64,000 nucleotides of DNA from Acidobacteriota bacterium. GTDB lineage: Bacteria > Acidobacteriota > UBA6911 > RPQK01 > JAJDTT01. Shown piece by piece: positions 9,232-19,805 of this stretch (the stretch's first letter is position 1; every line of letters starts with the position of its first letter). The translations under genes were made by a program, and so were the position numbers. Location of the stretch: assembly GCA_965209055.1 (NCBI GenBank), contig OZ242374.1, positions 4,896,001 to 4,960,000 on the forward strand, in the 5' to 3' direction. Below the pieces are notes generated by a model that searched no databases, was not told the DNA's origin, and saw only the letters and a program-made list of their open reading frames with translations.

Positions 9232-10842
9232 ATGCAATTGCACTTCGCCGATCACGTGGTCCTGGTGGCCTATCTGGGAGCCATGATGTTTCTGGGTTGG
9301 CGCCTCTCCCGGGGCCAGAAGACCGGCGAGGAATACTTCCTGGGCGGACGGCGGCTTCCCTGGTTCGCCGTGGGCATCAGCATCATCGCTTCCCTGCTCT
9401 CCAGCATCAGCTTCCTGGCCTATCCCGGCGTAGTCTGGCGTTTCGGCTTCGGAAACCTGATGAGCACCTTCCTCGGGTTTCCCCTCCACGTGCTGTTCAT
9501 CCTGCTGCTGACCATCCCCTTCTTCGTCCGCTTCCGCTTCACCACCGCCTACGAATACCTGGAGCACCGTTACGGCCTGTCGGCGAGGCTCCTGGGCGCT
9601 TCCATGTTCCTGATGTTCGTATCGGTGCTGATGATGGTGATCGTCCTGGTCTCGTCCCGCGCCCTGGCCGTGGCCACCGGAATTCCCCTGATCGCCATCA
9701 TCCTCACCGTGGGCGTCGTGGCCACGGTCTACACCATGATGGGCGGGATCCGGGCCGTGGTCTGGACCGACGTGATCCAGGTGGCGCTGCTCCTGGGCGG
9801 CGGCTTCTTCACCATCGGCTACGTGGCCTGGGCCACCGGCACCAACCTCTTCGACTGGATGGAGGTGGTCAACGCCCGGGACAACGAGAGCTTCACCTTC
9901 TTCTCCCCCGATCCCACCCTGCCCGCGACGGTGGTCACCTTCACCCTGACCGACGCGCTCTGGATCGTCGTCGCCCACTGCGCCAACCAGATGACCATGC
10001 AGCGATACTTCAGCACGGTGAACGTCGAGGCCAGCAAACGGAGTTTCGTCACCGGGGCGGTCACCGGCGTGATCATCATCCTGGTCCTCACCATCGTGGG
10101 CGCCAGCCTGGTCTACTACTTCACCCAGGGACCCGAGCCCCTTCCCGGACACATCGACTTGGCCAGCGGCAAGGACCGCGACAGCATCTTCCCCTTCTTC
10201 GTGGCCTCCCGAGTCCCGGCCGGCCTGGCCGGCCTCATCTTCGCCGCATTGCTGGCGGCGGCCATGTCCACCATCGATTCGGGGGTGAACTCCTTCGCCA
10301 CGGTGGCCACCGTGGACTTCGGACGCCTTCGAAAGAAGAAGAAACCCATCGACGAGGTCCGCCAGGCCCGCATCATCACCCTGGTGGTTGGATTGGCGGT
10401 CACCTTGGGGGCCCTGTTCCTGGACAACCTCACCGGCTCGGACGACATTCTCACCATCCTGCCCAAGACCTTCAACGCCCTGGTCGGTCCCATGGGCGGG
10501 CTGTTCCTGGCCGGGATGTTTCTCCCCCGCGCCGGCCTCCGAACCGTCTGGCCCGCGGCCGTCATCGGCTTCATGACATCCCTGGTTGTCGCGTATTCCC
10601 AACCCCTGCTCCAGTCTCTCGACCCGTCGTCCCAGCAGGCTCTGGTGGCGGTGCTGGGAGACAGCTTCGGTCCGCGGCTCATCGAGAAGGGGATGGGATT
10701 CACCTGGATCATGCCCACCTCCTTCGTCGCCAGCTTCGGCACGGCCTGGATCCTGAGCCTGATCTTTCCCAACCGGAACCAGGACCGCCTGGCCGGACTG
10801 ACCTGGAAGACCCGGCACGAGAAGACTTGGCTGACTTCGTAG
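9232..10842 (+). CDS. sodium:solute symporter (SSS family, sugar/sialic-acid-like subgroup)
   Basis: EEYFLGGR.LPW, TAYEYLE.RY, GGIRAVVWTDVIQ, QRYF, AAAMSTIDSG.NS; many TM helices. Confidence 0.93.
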   Translation: MQLHFADHVVLVAYLGAMMFLGWRLSRGQKTGEEYFLGGRRLPWFAVGISIIASLLSSISFLAYPGVVWRFGFGNLMSTFLGFPLHVLFILLLTIPFFVRFRFTTAYEYLEHRYGLSARLLGASMFLMFVSVLMMVIVLVSSRALAVATGIPLIAIILTVGVVATVYTMMGGIRAVVWTDVIQVALLLGGGFFTIGYVAWATGTNLFDWMEVVNARDNESFTFFSPDPTLPATVVTFTLTDALWIVVAHCANQMTMQRYFSTVNVEASKRSFVTGAVTGVIIILVLTIVGASLVYYFTQGPEPLPGHIDLASGKDRDSIFPFFVASRVPAGLAGLIFAALLAAAMSTIDSGVNSFATVATVDFGRLRKKKKPIDEVRQARIITLVVGLAVTLGALFLDNLTGSDDILTILPKTFNALVGPMGGLFLAGMFLPRAGLRTVWPAAVIGFMTSLVVAYSQPLLQSLDPSSQQALVAVLGDSFGPRLIEKGMGFTWIMPTSFVASFGTAWILSLIFPNRNQDRLAGLTWKTRHEKTWLTS

Positions 10843-10871
10843 AGACGGGTGAATTCTCAGCATTGAACTAG

Positions 10872-12060
10872 GGAAGGTCTGAACAAGTCGATTCAAGGGA
10901 CGTGAGAGCCGTTATTGTTTCGGCTTTGCGGTGTCCAAACCTTCATTATGAGGAGTACCACCCTGGCAAGGCTCTGGGTGCCCCCATTCTCAGACTGATT
11001 CCCCGAATCTCGACGCACCTCTCCCGCGCCCGGATCAGGCGTTCACGCCAGAGCGCTCGGCGATCATCAGATTGGCGAACCCCACCAGCAAATAGATCCG
11101 TTGGGTGTTTTTCGCCAGCCCCCGGTAGCGCACCTTCGCGTAGCCGAAATGCCGTTTCAGGTACCCGAATACATGTTCTGCCTTGGCCCGAACCGACGCT
11201 TTGCGCCGCTCGGCCAACGCCGCCTCACTCTCCGGTGGCAGCCGCCAACGCTTCCCCGGCTTCATCATCACCTGCCAATCCACCGGCCGATCTCGATTCT
11301 CCGACCGCTTTCCCACTCCCTGGTATCCCGAATCCCCCCAAACTTGAGACTCCGAGCCGTGCAGCAACTCACCGGCTCGCGTCACGTCATGCTCGTTAGC
11401 CGGCGCCGTCACCACCGTGTGCGCCACCCCCGTCTGGGCGTCCACCCCCAGGTGGGCCTTCATTCCGAAATACCACTGTTTTCCCTTCTTCGTCTGATGC
11501 ATCTCCGGGTCCCGCGCCCCCTCCCTGTTCTTGGTCGAGGAAGGCGCCGCCAGGATACTCGCGTCCACGATCGTCCCCCGGCTCAGCCGCAGGCCTTGCC
11601 GCTGCAGGTGAGAACCGATCTCCTCGAACAGCGCCTCCCCCAGACCATGCTCCTCCAGCCGATGACGGAATTTCAGAATCGTCGTCTCGTCCGGCAGCGG
11701 CCCCGTGAGCTTCAGGCCCACGAACCGCCGCACCGACTCCACCTCATAGAGCAGATCCTCCATCCCCGGATCGCTCAGGTTGTAAAACAGCTGCACGCAG
11801 TGGATCCGAAGCATCGTCGAGAGCGGGTAGGGACGCCGTCCCCGTCCCGCTTTCGGGTAAACGGGCCGAATCCGGGCTTCCAACTGCTCCCATGGAATCA
11901 ACCGGTCCATCCGGGCCAGAAATCTCTCCCGACGGGTCACCCGCTTCTTGCCGTCGTATTCCAGATCTGCGAACGTTCGTTGCGACATCATCTATCCTCC
12001 ATGCAGTGATGATGGAAGAATTATCGTGCAGAACGCTGACTCGACTTAATCAGACCTTCC
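10872..12060 (-). mobile_element. IS5-family insertion sequence, copy 1 (1189 bp)
   Basis: TIRs GGAAGGTCTGAACAAGTC / GACTTAATCAGACCTTCC; CTAG target duplication at 10868-10871 and 12061-12064. Confidence 0.96.
11035..11991 (-). CDS. IS5-family DDE transposase
   Basis: GRRPYPL..MLRIH, PDETTILKFRH, IVDAS, WYFGMKAH.GVD, GDSGY.G, RAK.EH.F, KVRYRGLAKN. Confidence 0.96.
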   Translation of the reverse strand: MMSQRTFADLEYDGKKRVTRRERFLARMDRLIPWEQLEARIRPVYPKAGRGRRPYPLSTMLRIHCVQLFYNLSDPGMEDLLYEVESVRRFVGLKLTGPLPDETTILKFRHRLEEHGLGEALFEEIGSHLQRQGLRLSRGTIVDASILAAPSSTKNREGARDPEMHQTKKGKQWYFGMKAHLGVDAQTGVAHTVVTAPANEHDVTRAGELLHGSESQVWGDSGYQGVGKRSENRDRPVDWQVMMKPGKRWRLPPESEAALAERRKASVRAKAEHVFGYLKRHFGYAKVRYRGLAKNTQRIYLLVGFANLMIAERSGVNA

Positions 12061-12071
12061 CTAGGGCCGCC

Positions 12072-13010
12072 ATGGAATACAGACGTCTTGGAAAAACCGA
12101 TCTCCAGGTAAGCGCCATCGGCTTCGGCGGCGCCACCTTCGGCCGCGAAATCGACCAGCCCACCGCCTGGATGCTGCTGGACCGGGCCTTGGAACGGGGG
12201 ATCACCCTCATCGACACCGCCGAGTCCTACAGCAAGAGGGAGTCGGAGCGGATGATCGGCGAGTGGCTGCAGGCGCGAGGCACCCGGCAGCAGATCGTCC
12301 TGGCAACCAAGTGCGGTTTCACCGGACCGCTGGACGGGCCCAAGGTGACGCAGAAGATCGAGCAGAGCCTCCGGACGCTTCAGACCGACGTCATCGACCT
12401 GTTCCAACTCCACCACTGGCCCCTGGAGGGAGATCCGGTGGACGAGATCCTGGAGGCCTTCTCAAGAGCCGTGGAGCAGGGCAAGGTGCGCTACCTGGGT
12501 CTCAGCAACTCGGCCGCATGGCAGTTGTGCAAGGCGCTCTGGACCCAGGACAAGAACGGCTGGGCCCGATTCGACTCCATCCAGCCCCAGTACAACCTTT
12601 CGGACCGGTCCATGGAGGCGGAGATGGCTCCCCTCTGCCAGAACCAGGGATTGGGCATTCTCTCCTACAGTCCCCTGGGAGGCGGCTTTTTGGCCGGCAA
12701 GTATTCGCCCTCGGGACCGCTGCCGCCGGGAACCCGGTTTGATCTGGCCAGGGACTGGCAGGACGACTACTTCCACCCGCGCGCCTTTTCGCTGGTGGAA
12801 CGCATGAGGGCGGTGTCGCAGGAAACGGGGCGGACCATGGTGGATCTGGCCCTGGCCTGGGCGCTGTTCCAACCTCAAATCACGTCGGTCCTGATCGGAG
12901 GCAGGCGGCCCGGCCACATCGACCAGGCGTTCGACACTCTCGCCGCGGGCCTGAGCCCGGAGTTGCGGGACCGGTTGGACCGGGTCTCCGACCCCACCAC
13001 CTTCGGCTGA
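12072..13010 (+). CDS. aldo/keto reductase
   Basis: MEYRRLGKTDLQVS, IDTAE.Y, LATK, LQTD.IDLFQLH, GKVRYLG.SN, YSPLGGGFL. True start is ATG 12072; the ORF-track extension lies inside IS5. Confidence 0.93.
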   Translation: MEYRRLGKTDLQVSAIGFGGATFGREIDQPTAWMLLDRALERGITLIDTAESYSKRESERMIGEWLQARGTRQQIVLATKCGFTGPLDGPKVTQKIEQSLRTLQTDVIDLFQLHHWPLEGDPVDEILEAFSRAVEQGKVRYLGLSNSAAWQLCKALWTQDKNGWARFDSIQPQYNLSDRSMEAEMAPLCQNQGLGILSYSPLGGGFLAGKYSPSGPLPPGTRFDLARDWQDDYFHPRAFSLVERMRAVSQETGRTMVDLALAWALFQPQITSVLIGGRRPGHIDQAFDTLAAGLSPELRDRLDRVSDPTTFG

Positions 13011-13039
13011 CGTCCCCGGACCAGGAGCGTTCCCCTTTC

Positions 13040-14107
13040 GTGCGTGTCGCCTTCTACTACCATCAGGACCGGCCGCTTCCTCCCGATCACGAAGGGAGCA
13101 ATCCCTACGGCGCCCTGCTCACCGAGGCCCTGGAGCGCCAGGGCGCTCAGGTGGAGTACACCCGGGACTACAGCCCCGGATACCTGCGCAGGAACAGCGG
13201 CCGGATCCAGGTGCTTCATTTCCATTGGCCCCACCATGACTATTTCCACCCGGACGACCGGATCATGCAGGAACGGATGCGGGAGATGGCGGCGTCACTG
13301 GAGCTGGCCCGCGAGCTGGGCTACAAGATCGTCTGGACCGCCCACAACATCTATCCCCACAACCGGCTTCATCGATCCATCGACCATGAGTTCCGGCTCG
13401 AGATCTGCCGGTTGGCCGACGCCGTCATCGCCCACTGCCCGGTCAACGCCCACGGGGTGAAGGAGCGCTTCGGACGGACCCGCCGGGTCTTCATCATTCC
13501 CCACGGGCATTTCATCAACGTCTACCGGACGGCCTTCACACGCGAAGACGCCCGGAGAGAGTTGGAGATCCCGCAAGACGCCTTCGCCTACGGGTTCATC
13601 GGCGGCATCCTGCCCTACAAGGGGATCGAGGAGTTGGTCTCCGCGTACGAGCGGCTCTCGACAGAGGACTCCTGGCTGCTGCTGGCCGGCGGCGGCCCCG
13701 GCGACTTTACGGAGCGGATCCGCCGCCGCGTCGCGGGGCGTCCCCGGATCGTCTCCAAGATCGTCGACGGCGACATGCAGGCCACGAACCGGGACCTCCT
13801 CCTGTTTCTGGAAGCCAGCGACGTGGCGGTGCTCCCCTTCCGGGCCACCATGACCTCGGGGAGCGTCATTCTTGCCCTTTCCCGGGCCCGCCCCGTCATC
13901 GCTCCGGCGCTGGGCTGCCTCCCGACGGTCGTTTCGCCCGGAGCCGGACGGCTCTATGATCCGGGACGCAAAGAGCCGTTGCTGCGCGCCATGGAAGAAG
14001 TTCGAGCCTGGGACCACGAGGCCGCCTCGGAGGCCGCCCTGGAGTGCGTTCGGCGCTTCGACTGGGACCGGATCGCCGAACAGACCCTGGAGGCGTATCG
14101 AGCGTGA
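13040..14107 (+). CDS. GT-B fold glycosyltransferase (GT4-like)
   Basis: NPY, LHFHWP, VWTAHNIYPH, IIPHG, G.ILPYKGIEEL, DVAVLPF...TSGSV.LA. Confidence 0.85.
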   Translation: MRVAFYYHQDRPLPPDHEGSNPYGALLTEALERQGAQVEYTRDYSPGYLRRNSGRIQVLHFHWPHHDYFHPDDRIMQERMREMAASLELARELGYKIVWTAHNIYPHNRLHRSIDHEFRLEICRLADAVIAHCPVNAHGVKERFGRTRRVFIIPHGHFINVYRTAFTREDARRELEIPQDAFAYGFIGGILPYKGIEELVSAYERLSTEDSWLLLAGGGPGDFTERIRRRVAGRPRIVSKIVDGDMQATNRDLLLFLEASDVAVLPFRATMTSGSVILALSRARPVIAPALGCLPTVVSPGAGRLYDPGRKEPLLRAMEEVRAWDHEAASEAALECVRRFDWDRIAEQTLEAYRA

Positions 14108-16149
14108 CCCTGTTGACGCCGAAATGGAGCCGGAACCTTCGGGCTCGGGCGGCTCACCCCAAACTGGCCGCGGCCCGGGAAGCCCTCGACGCTCAACTGG
14201 AGGGCTATCAGAGTTCCCTGCCTCCGGTGCCGGATCAACAGGCGGGCTACTACCACGACTTCTTTTGCGCAGAGCACGCCACCCAGCTTCTGTTCGACCC
14301 CGGCAGCCCCCGGCGCCACGTCTGCCCCGTGGACGGCGCCGTCTTCAGCGGCGAGCCCTACGACAGCGCCTGGCTCTGGTCGGTGAACGACAGGCTCAGC
14401 GACGCGGCCCTGAAGTTCGCCTTCCGGTCGCACCTGGAAACGGGGACGAGCCGGTCCGGTTCCGACGCCGCCGAGGCGGCCCGAATCCTGGAGACCTACG
14501 CCCGCCGTTACCTGCGCCTGAAACCGGCGCCGACGGTCTACGAAGAGGAGCCGGGGATCGCCACCTGGCAGAACCTGGACGAATCGGTCTGGATCGCCCG
14601 CCTCTGCTGGGCGTACGCCCTGCTTGCGGAGACGCTCTCCGACGAGACCCGGGAGTTGGTGACGCGGCAGCTCTTCCGGCCGGCGGCCACCCACATCCGG
14701 CGGGTCCGGTGCCGGGAGATCCACAACGTCAGCAATTGGAACAACGCCGCTCTGGCGACGCTGGCCCGAGTCCTGGAGGACGACCGGCTCCTGGAGGAGG
14801 CTCTGCGGGGGGATTTGGGGCTGGCGGCCCAGTTGGAGCAAGGGGTCACCGGAGAGGGACTCTGGTGGGAGGTCTCCCTGAGCTATCACTTCTACAGTCT
14901 GGACGCCATCGTCAGGACCCTGCGCATCCTCAAGGCCACGGGAGAATCCTTCGATGACGGAGGCGTGGTGCGGCGCATGTTCCTGGCCCCCATTCAGGTT
15001 TCGCTTCCCGACCTGAAGCTGCCGTCCGTCAACGACTGCTGGCACTTCATCGGCCTGGAAGAGAAAGTCGGCCATGGAATCCCAGACGCCGACGGCTTTT
15101 ACGAAACCGCGTATGCGTGGTTCCGCGACCCGGGCTTTGCCTGGATACTGGGGCGGAACTACCGCTCCCGTCCCCGCACCTGCTTCGAAGCCTTGCTGGA
15201 CGGAGTTCCAGCGATTCCCGACGGCGATCCTCCCGACCGGGACAGCCGCCTGTTCCCCGGGGCGGGCCTCGCCCTCCTTCGCGGAGGCGGGTCCCGGCAG
15301 AATCAGAACTACCTGCTTCTGAAAGCGGGCCGCCACGGGGGAGTCCACGGACACCGGGACCAGTTGCGGATCCAAATGTGCGGCTCCGGATCGCCGCTCA
15401 TACCCGATCTGGGGACGCCCGGGTACGGCATCGAGCTCAACCACACTTGGTACCAACAGACGGCCAGCCACGCCACGGTGCTGGTGGATGGCGAGTCGCA
15501 GCCTCCGACTCGAGGCCGGCTCGACCGGTTCTCGGAAGAGGACGGTTTCACACGGGCCGACGCTTCGGCCGCCTGGGAGGAAGGCGTCTACGCCGGCGTG
15601 CGGATGAGGCGCACCCTGCTCTGGCGGGACACCTATTTCGTCGACCTGTTTCAGGTCCTCTGTCCTGCAAAACGGGACCTCTACTGGGTCTGTCACGTCG
15701 ATGGCGAACTGGTGCGCGGCGCGTCGGACCTGCAACCCACCGCCCCGCTGTCCGGCGGGGGCGGTCTCCGGCACGTCCGGCTGGACGGGGAAACGCCGGA
15801 GTGCCCGGATTCCCGATTGCGCTGGCGGCATCCGGCCGGTTCGGTCGACTTGCACCTCGCCGGTCCCTTCGGGCGTCTGCTGGTGGGCGATGCTCCTTCC
15901 AACCCTGCCAGCCAACGGCTCTCAACCGTGATCCGGCACCACAGAGCAGATCGTACGGTCTTCGCCTCCGTCTTCGCTCTCGGCAGGATGGATCAGGAAC
16001 CGGCGATCAGGGAGGTGTCCGGCAGTTGGCGGGACGAGGACGCCTGGAGACTGACCTTGTCTACTCCGGCCGGCCCGGAAGAATGGCGGGCCGCCGCCCA
16101 TACCGGCCAAATCCAACTCATGAAAAAGGGGGATGGCACCCATGCATAA
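14104..16149 (+). CDS. heparinase II/III-family oligosaccharide lyase (PL17/PL12-like)
   Basis: QNLDESVW, IHN, DG/EGLWWE.S..YH.Y, LPSVND, HGGVHGHRD.L, DLGT.GYG, T.SH.TV.VDG.SQ. GTG overlaps the upstream TGA; no signal peptide seen. Confidence 0.85.
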   Translation: MTLLTPKWSRNLRARAAHPKLAAAREALDAQLEGYQSSLPPVPDQQAGYYHDFFCAEHATQLLFDPGSPRRHVCPVDGAVFSGEPYDSAWLWSVNDRLSDAALKFAFRSHLETGTSRSGSDAAEAARILETYARRYLRLKPAPTVYEEEPGIATWQNLDESVWIARLCWAYALLAETLSDETRELVTRQLFRPAATHIRRVRCREIHNVSNWNNAALATLARVLEDDRLLEEALRGDLGLAAQLEQGVTGEGLWWEVSLSYHFYSLDAIVRTLRILKATGESFDDGGVVRRMFLAPIQVSLPDLKLPSVNDCWHFIGLEEKVGHGIPDADGFYETAYAWFRDPGFAWILGRNYRSRPRTCFEALLDGVPAIPDGDPPDRDSRLFPGAGLALLRGGGSRQNQNYLLLKAGRHGGVHGHRDQLRIQMCGSGSPLIPDLGTPGYGIELNHTWYQQTASHATVLVDGESQPPTRGRLDRFSEEDGFTRADASAAWEEGVYAGVRMRRTLLWRDTYFVDLFQVLCPAKRDLYWVCHVDGELVRGASDLQPTAPLSGGGGLRHVRLDGETPECPDSRLRWRHPAGSVDLHLAGPFGRLLVGDAPSNPASQRLSTVIRHHRADRTVFASVFALGRMDQEPAIREVSGSWRDEDAWRLTLSTPAGPEEWRAAAHTGQIQLMKKGDGTHA

Positions 16150-17167
16150 AAGACAGCCGGTACGATGGGGCATCATCGGCGCCGGAGACATCTCTCACCG
16201 GGTGATGGCGCCGGCCATGCGCGCCACCGAGTGCAGCGAGTTGGCGGCCGTGATGCGGACCACCCAGTCCGGGGCCGAGGAGTTCGCCCGCGAGCACGGG
16301 GCCCGGAGCGCCTATGACAACGTGGAGGCCCTGGTCCGCGACCCGGAGGTGGAGGCCGTTTACGTCTCGACGCCCGTCGATCGACACTGTCCCGACACAC
16401 TGGCGGCGGCGGCCCACGGAAAACACGTCTTGTGCGAAAAGCCGCTGGCCCTGAGCGTGGCCGAGGGAGAGGCCATGCGGCAGGCCTGCCGGGCTGCCGG
16501 GGTCACCTTCATGACCTGCTACTACCAACGCTTCAGCGCCCGGCACAGCAAGATCAAGGAGATCATTCAGCGGGGCGGCATCGGCCGCGTCACCGCCGTC
16601 CGCTGGAACTTCTCGGGACGGTACCCTTCGGGCCGGGAAATCTGGCAACACGATCCGGCCCGGGCCGGGGGCGGTCCCTTCACCGACCTGGGCACCCACG
16701 GCGTCGACCTGATGCGCTTTCTGGTGGGAGAGATCGTGGCCGTCGCCGCGTTCGTGGACACCCTGGTGGAGAGCTACGCCGTCGAGGACACGGCCAGCGC
16801 CCTCCTCAAGTTCGCCAACGGCGCGCAGGGCGTGGCCACGGCCCATTGGAGCACGGGGGACCCGGACGAGCACCGGAACTCGTACATCGAGATCCTGGGC
16901 ACCGACGGCGTGATCCTCTCCTCCCCCCTGCACGACAAGTTCTCCCGGGGACGGCTGGTGGTGGCCACCGAGGACGGCGAAACCTCATACAACTTCGATC
17001 AGAGCACCCATGCGTTGGTTCTGGAGGAATTCGCCGCGGCGGTCGCCGAAAACAGAGAACCGGCCATCACCATTGAAGACGGCATCCGCGCCCAGCAGAT
17101 CGTGGAGGCGGTCTATGAATCGGGACGATCCGGCCGCGTCGTCGAGCTTCCGGTTCCGTCTGGGTGA
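16133..17167 (+). CDS. Gfo/Idh/MocA oxidoreductase
   Basis: WGIIGAG.I, VYVSTP..H, HVLCEKPLA, GGG...DLGTH. Confidence 0.92.
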   Translation: MAPMHKRQPVRWGIIGAGDISHRVMAPAMRATECSELAAVMRTTQSGAEEFAREHGARSAYDNVEALVRDPEVEAVYVSTPVDRHCPDTLAAAAHGKHVLCEKPLALSVAEGEAMRQACRAAGVTFMTCYYQRFSARHSKIKEIIQRGGIGRVTAVRWNFSGRYPSGREIWQHDPARAGGGPFTDLGTHGVDLMRFLVGEIVAVAAFVDTLVESYAVEDTASALLKFANGAQGVATAHWSTGDPDEHRNSYIEILGTDGVILSSPLHDKFSRGRLVVATEDGETSYNFDQSTHALVLEEFAAAVAENREPAITIEDGIRAQQIVEAVYESGRSGRVVELPVPSG

Positions 17168-17281
17168 AGAGAGAAATTGAGGGGTTTTCCGGGCACCTGA
17201 GACCAGTTGAATTCGGCGGCTGATTCGGCCATTCTTGGAGGCGGTCCTATCGTTTGCCCTCAGTCCATTAGGAGGAATTCC

Positions 17282-17944
17282 ATGTCCCTTACCGTCGGAG
17301 ACACCGCACCTGATTTTTCGGCCGATACCAGCCAGGGGCCCATCAACTTCCATGAGTGGATCGGCGACGGCTGGGCCATACTCTTTTCCCATCCCAAGGA
17401 CTTCACTCCGGTCTGCACCACCGAACTGGGCTACATGGCCAGCCTCAAGCCCGAGTTCGACAGGCGCAACTGCAAGATCATCGGATTGAGCGTCGACCCT
17501 GCGGACAGTCACCGGGCCTGGGCGCAAGACATTCAGGACGCCACCGGACATGCCCCCAACTACCCCATCATCGCCGACACCGAGCTGGCCATCGCCAAGC
17601 TCTACGGCATGCTGGCGGCGGACGCCGGGGAGAGCTGCGAAGGGCGCACCCCCATGGACAACGCCACGGTCCGATCGGTGTTCGTCATCGGACCGGACAA
17701 GCAGATCAGGCTGACCATCACCTATCCCATGAGCACCGGCCGCAACTTTGACGAGGTGCTGCGGGTGTTGGACTCGGTGCAGTTGACCGCCAGCCACAAG
17801 GTGGCCACGCCGGTGAACTGGAATCACGGAGACAAGGTGATCATTCTGCCGGCGGTTTCGGACGAAGCCGCCCGGGAAAAGTACCCTCAGGGTTGGGACT
17901 CCCCCAAGCCCTATATCCGATTCGTCGATCAGCCGGGGGATTGA
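17282..17944 (+). CDS. 1-Cys peroxiredoxin (Prx6 family)
   Basis: LFSHPKDFTPVCTTE, TVRSVF, YP.STGRNFDE, ATPVNW. AGGAGG RBS before ATG 17282. Confidence 0.95.
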   Translation: MSLTVGDTAPDFSADTSQGPINFHEWIGDGWAILFSHPKDFTPVCTTELGYMASLKPEFDRRNCKIIGLSVDPADSHRAWAQDIQDATGHAPNYPIIADTELAIAKLYGMLAADAGESCEGRTPMDNATVRSVFVIGPDKQIRLTITYPMSTGRNFDEVLRVLDSVQLTASHKVATPVNWNHGDKVIILPAVSDEAAREKYPQGWDSPKPYIRFVDQPGD

Positions 17945-18120
17945 CACCGGCCGCCTGCGCCATGGGCCGCTCCAGGACAACTGCCCGGCACGGAATCTCC
18001 CACGGCCGGATTGCGGAATGTCTCCGGTAAGACCGGGACACTCACCAGAGGGGAACGAGTTCGGTTTCCCGGATATTTGTGTTATCTTGACGGGAATTCA
18101 GGGATTCCGTACGCGATTTC

Positions 18121-19677
18121 TTGCGGCGCCGGCTCGAAGGCATACGGTTCGCGAACACGATCATGGACGGACCCGAAGGCTTATTGGAAACGCCGCTGAC
18201 TCCTGAACAGTCCGACAAATCGCCCACTCCCGACACCTTCCTCGAGGAATCGGCCCCCCTCCGGATGTCCCGCGAAGCCATGCTCGAACTGGCCCGCCGG
18301 GCCGCGGAGCTATTGGTAGAGCGCACTGGCCGGTTACCGGACGAGCATGCGTGGGACGGAGAGTTCCGGCAGGACCTGGTGGACCAGTTGATGGAGGATC
18401 CACCCGAGTCGGGCCAGCCGGCGCTGCAGGTCATCGAACGGGCCGCACGGGACATCCTCCCGCTGGCGTTGCGCAACGACCATCCCCGTTCTTTTGGTTT
18501 CATCCCCTCCTCTCCCACTTGGCCCAGCATCGTGGCCGACTTCATGGCCGCCGGTTTCCACGTCAACCAGTGCACCTGGCTGACCTCCAGCGGCGCCAGC
18601 CAGCTCGAGTTGGTCGTCATCGACTGGTTCCGCCGTTGGGTCGGCTACCCGGAGACTGCGGGCGGTCTCCTGACGAGCGGAGGCTCGGCGGCCAGCCTCG
18701 ACGCCTTCGTGGCGGCGCGCGAGGCCGCGGGCCATCCGGACCGCGCCACGGTCTACATGAGCGATCAGAGCCACAGCGCCCAGATCCGGGCGGCAAAGAT
18801 CATCGGCATCCGGCCGGAGCACGTCCGCAAGGTGGCCAGCGACAGCCGCTTCCGACTCGACATGGACGCGCTGGTGGGCGCCGTGGCCGACGACCGTGCG
18901 GCCGGGCTCCATCCCATCGCGGTCTGCTCCAACGCCGGGGCGGGCAGCACGGGCGCCATCGATCCGCTCGGGGCGATGTCGGATTTCTGCGAATCGGAAG
19001 GCCTTTGGCACCACGTGGATGCCGCTTACGGCGGTTTCGGCGTGTTGACCGAGAGGGGCAAGAGGTTGCTGCGCGGAATCGAGAGGGCCGACTCCATCGG
19101 CATGGACGCCCACAAATGGTTCTTTCAGCCGTACGAGGCGGGTTGCCTCCTGGTGAAGGACGCCAAGACGCTGAATCACGCCTTCCGGATCTCCCACGAC
19201 ATGCTGCAGGACACGATCTGGGGTGCGAATCACCCCAACTTCTCGGACCGCGGCCTGCAGTTGAGCCGCTCGGTCCGGGCCTTGAAAATCTGGGTCTCCG
19301 TTCAGACCTTCGGCATGGCCGCCTTTCGCCAAGCCGTGTCCAAGGGGATGGAACTGGCCTCCCGGGCGCAGGAATACGTCGAAAGGAGCCCGCTGCTGGA
19401 GGTCTTGAACCCGGCGTCCCTGGGAATCATCTGTTTCCGGGTCAACCCGGACGCCGACGACATCGACGAATACTCGCTGGGAGAGATCAACCGCACGGTG
19501 CTGGCCCGCATCTTCTGGGACGACCGCGCGTTCATTTCTTCGACGCTGTTGCACGGGAGATTCTCATTTAGGATGTGCATCCTCAACTCCAGCACGACGT
19601 GGGATGACGTTCGCGAGACATTGGAGGCTGCCGAGCGGTTCGGTTCGATGGCGGTGTCCGAATGGAAGGATGCGTGA
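18121..19677 (+). CDS. group II PLP-dependent (aromatic L-amino-acid-type) decarboxylase
   Basis: HPRSFGFIP, LTSGGS, SHS, GAIDPL, HVDAAYGG, DAHKW, LSR..RALK.W. The true start may be downstream (e.g. 18162 or 18265). Confidence 0.88.
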   Translation: MRRRLEGIRFANTIMDGPEGLLETPLTPEQSDKSPTPDTFLEESAPLRMSREAMLELARRAAELLVERTGRLPDEHAWDGEFRQDLVDQLMEDPPESGQPALQVIERAARDILPLALRNDHPRSFGFIPSSPTWPSIVADFMAAGFHVNQCTWLTSSGASQLELVVIDWFRRWVGYPETAGGLLTSGGSAASLDAFVAAREAAGHPDRATVYMSDQSHSAQIRAAKIIGIRPEHVRKVASDSRFRLDMDALVGAVADDRAAGLHPIAVCSNAGAGSTGAIDPLGAMSDFCESEGLWHHVDAAYGGFGVLTERGKRLLRGIERADSIGMDAHKWFFQPYEAGCLLVKDAKTLNHAFRISHDMLQDTIWGANHPNFSDRGLQLSRSVRALKIWVSVQTFGMAAFRQAVSKGMELASRAQEYVERSPLLEVLNPASLGIICFRVNPDADDIDEYSLGEINRTVLARIFWDDRAFISSTLLHGRFSFRMCILNSSTTWDDVRETLEAAERFGSMAVSEWKDA

Positions 19678-19805
19678 GTGGGACCGGATTCGGAGAAACA
19701 AGCAAACAGGGGCACGGCCGCGCGTGGCGACCGTTGTCACGAAATAATCGCGCCGGGTTCGCACCTCGAACGGGTTCGAATCTCATACGAAACGGAGTGA
19801 CTGTT

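Noticed and set aside
11892-12071. N-terminal extension of the aldo/keto reductase
   Set aside because: It lies inside IS5; the family-typical start is MEYRRLG at 12072.
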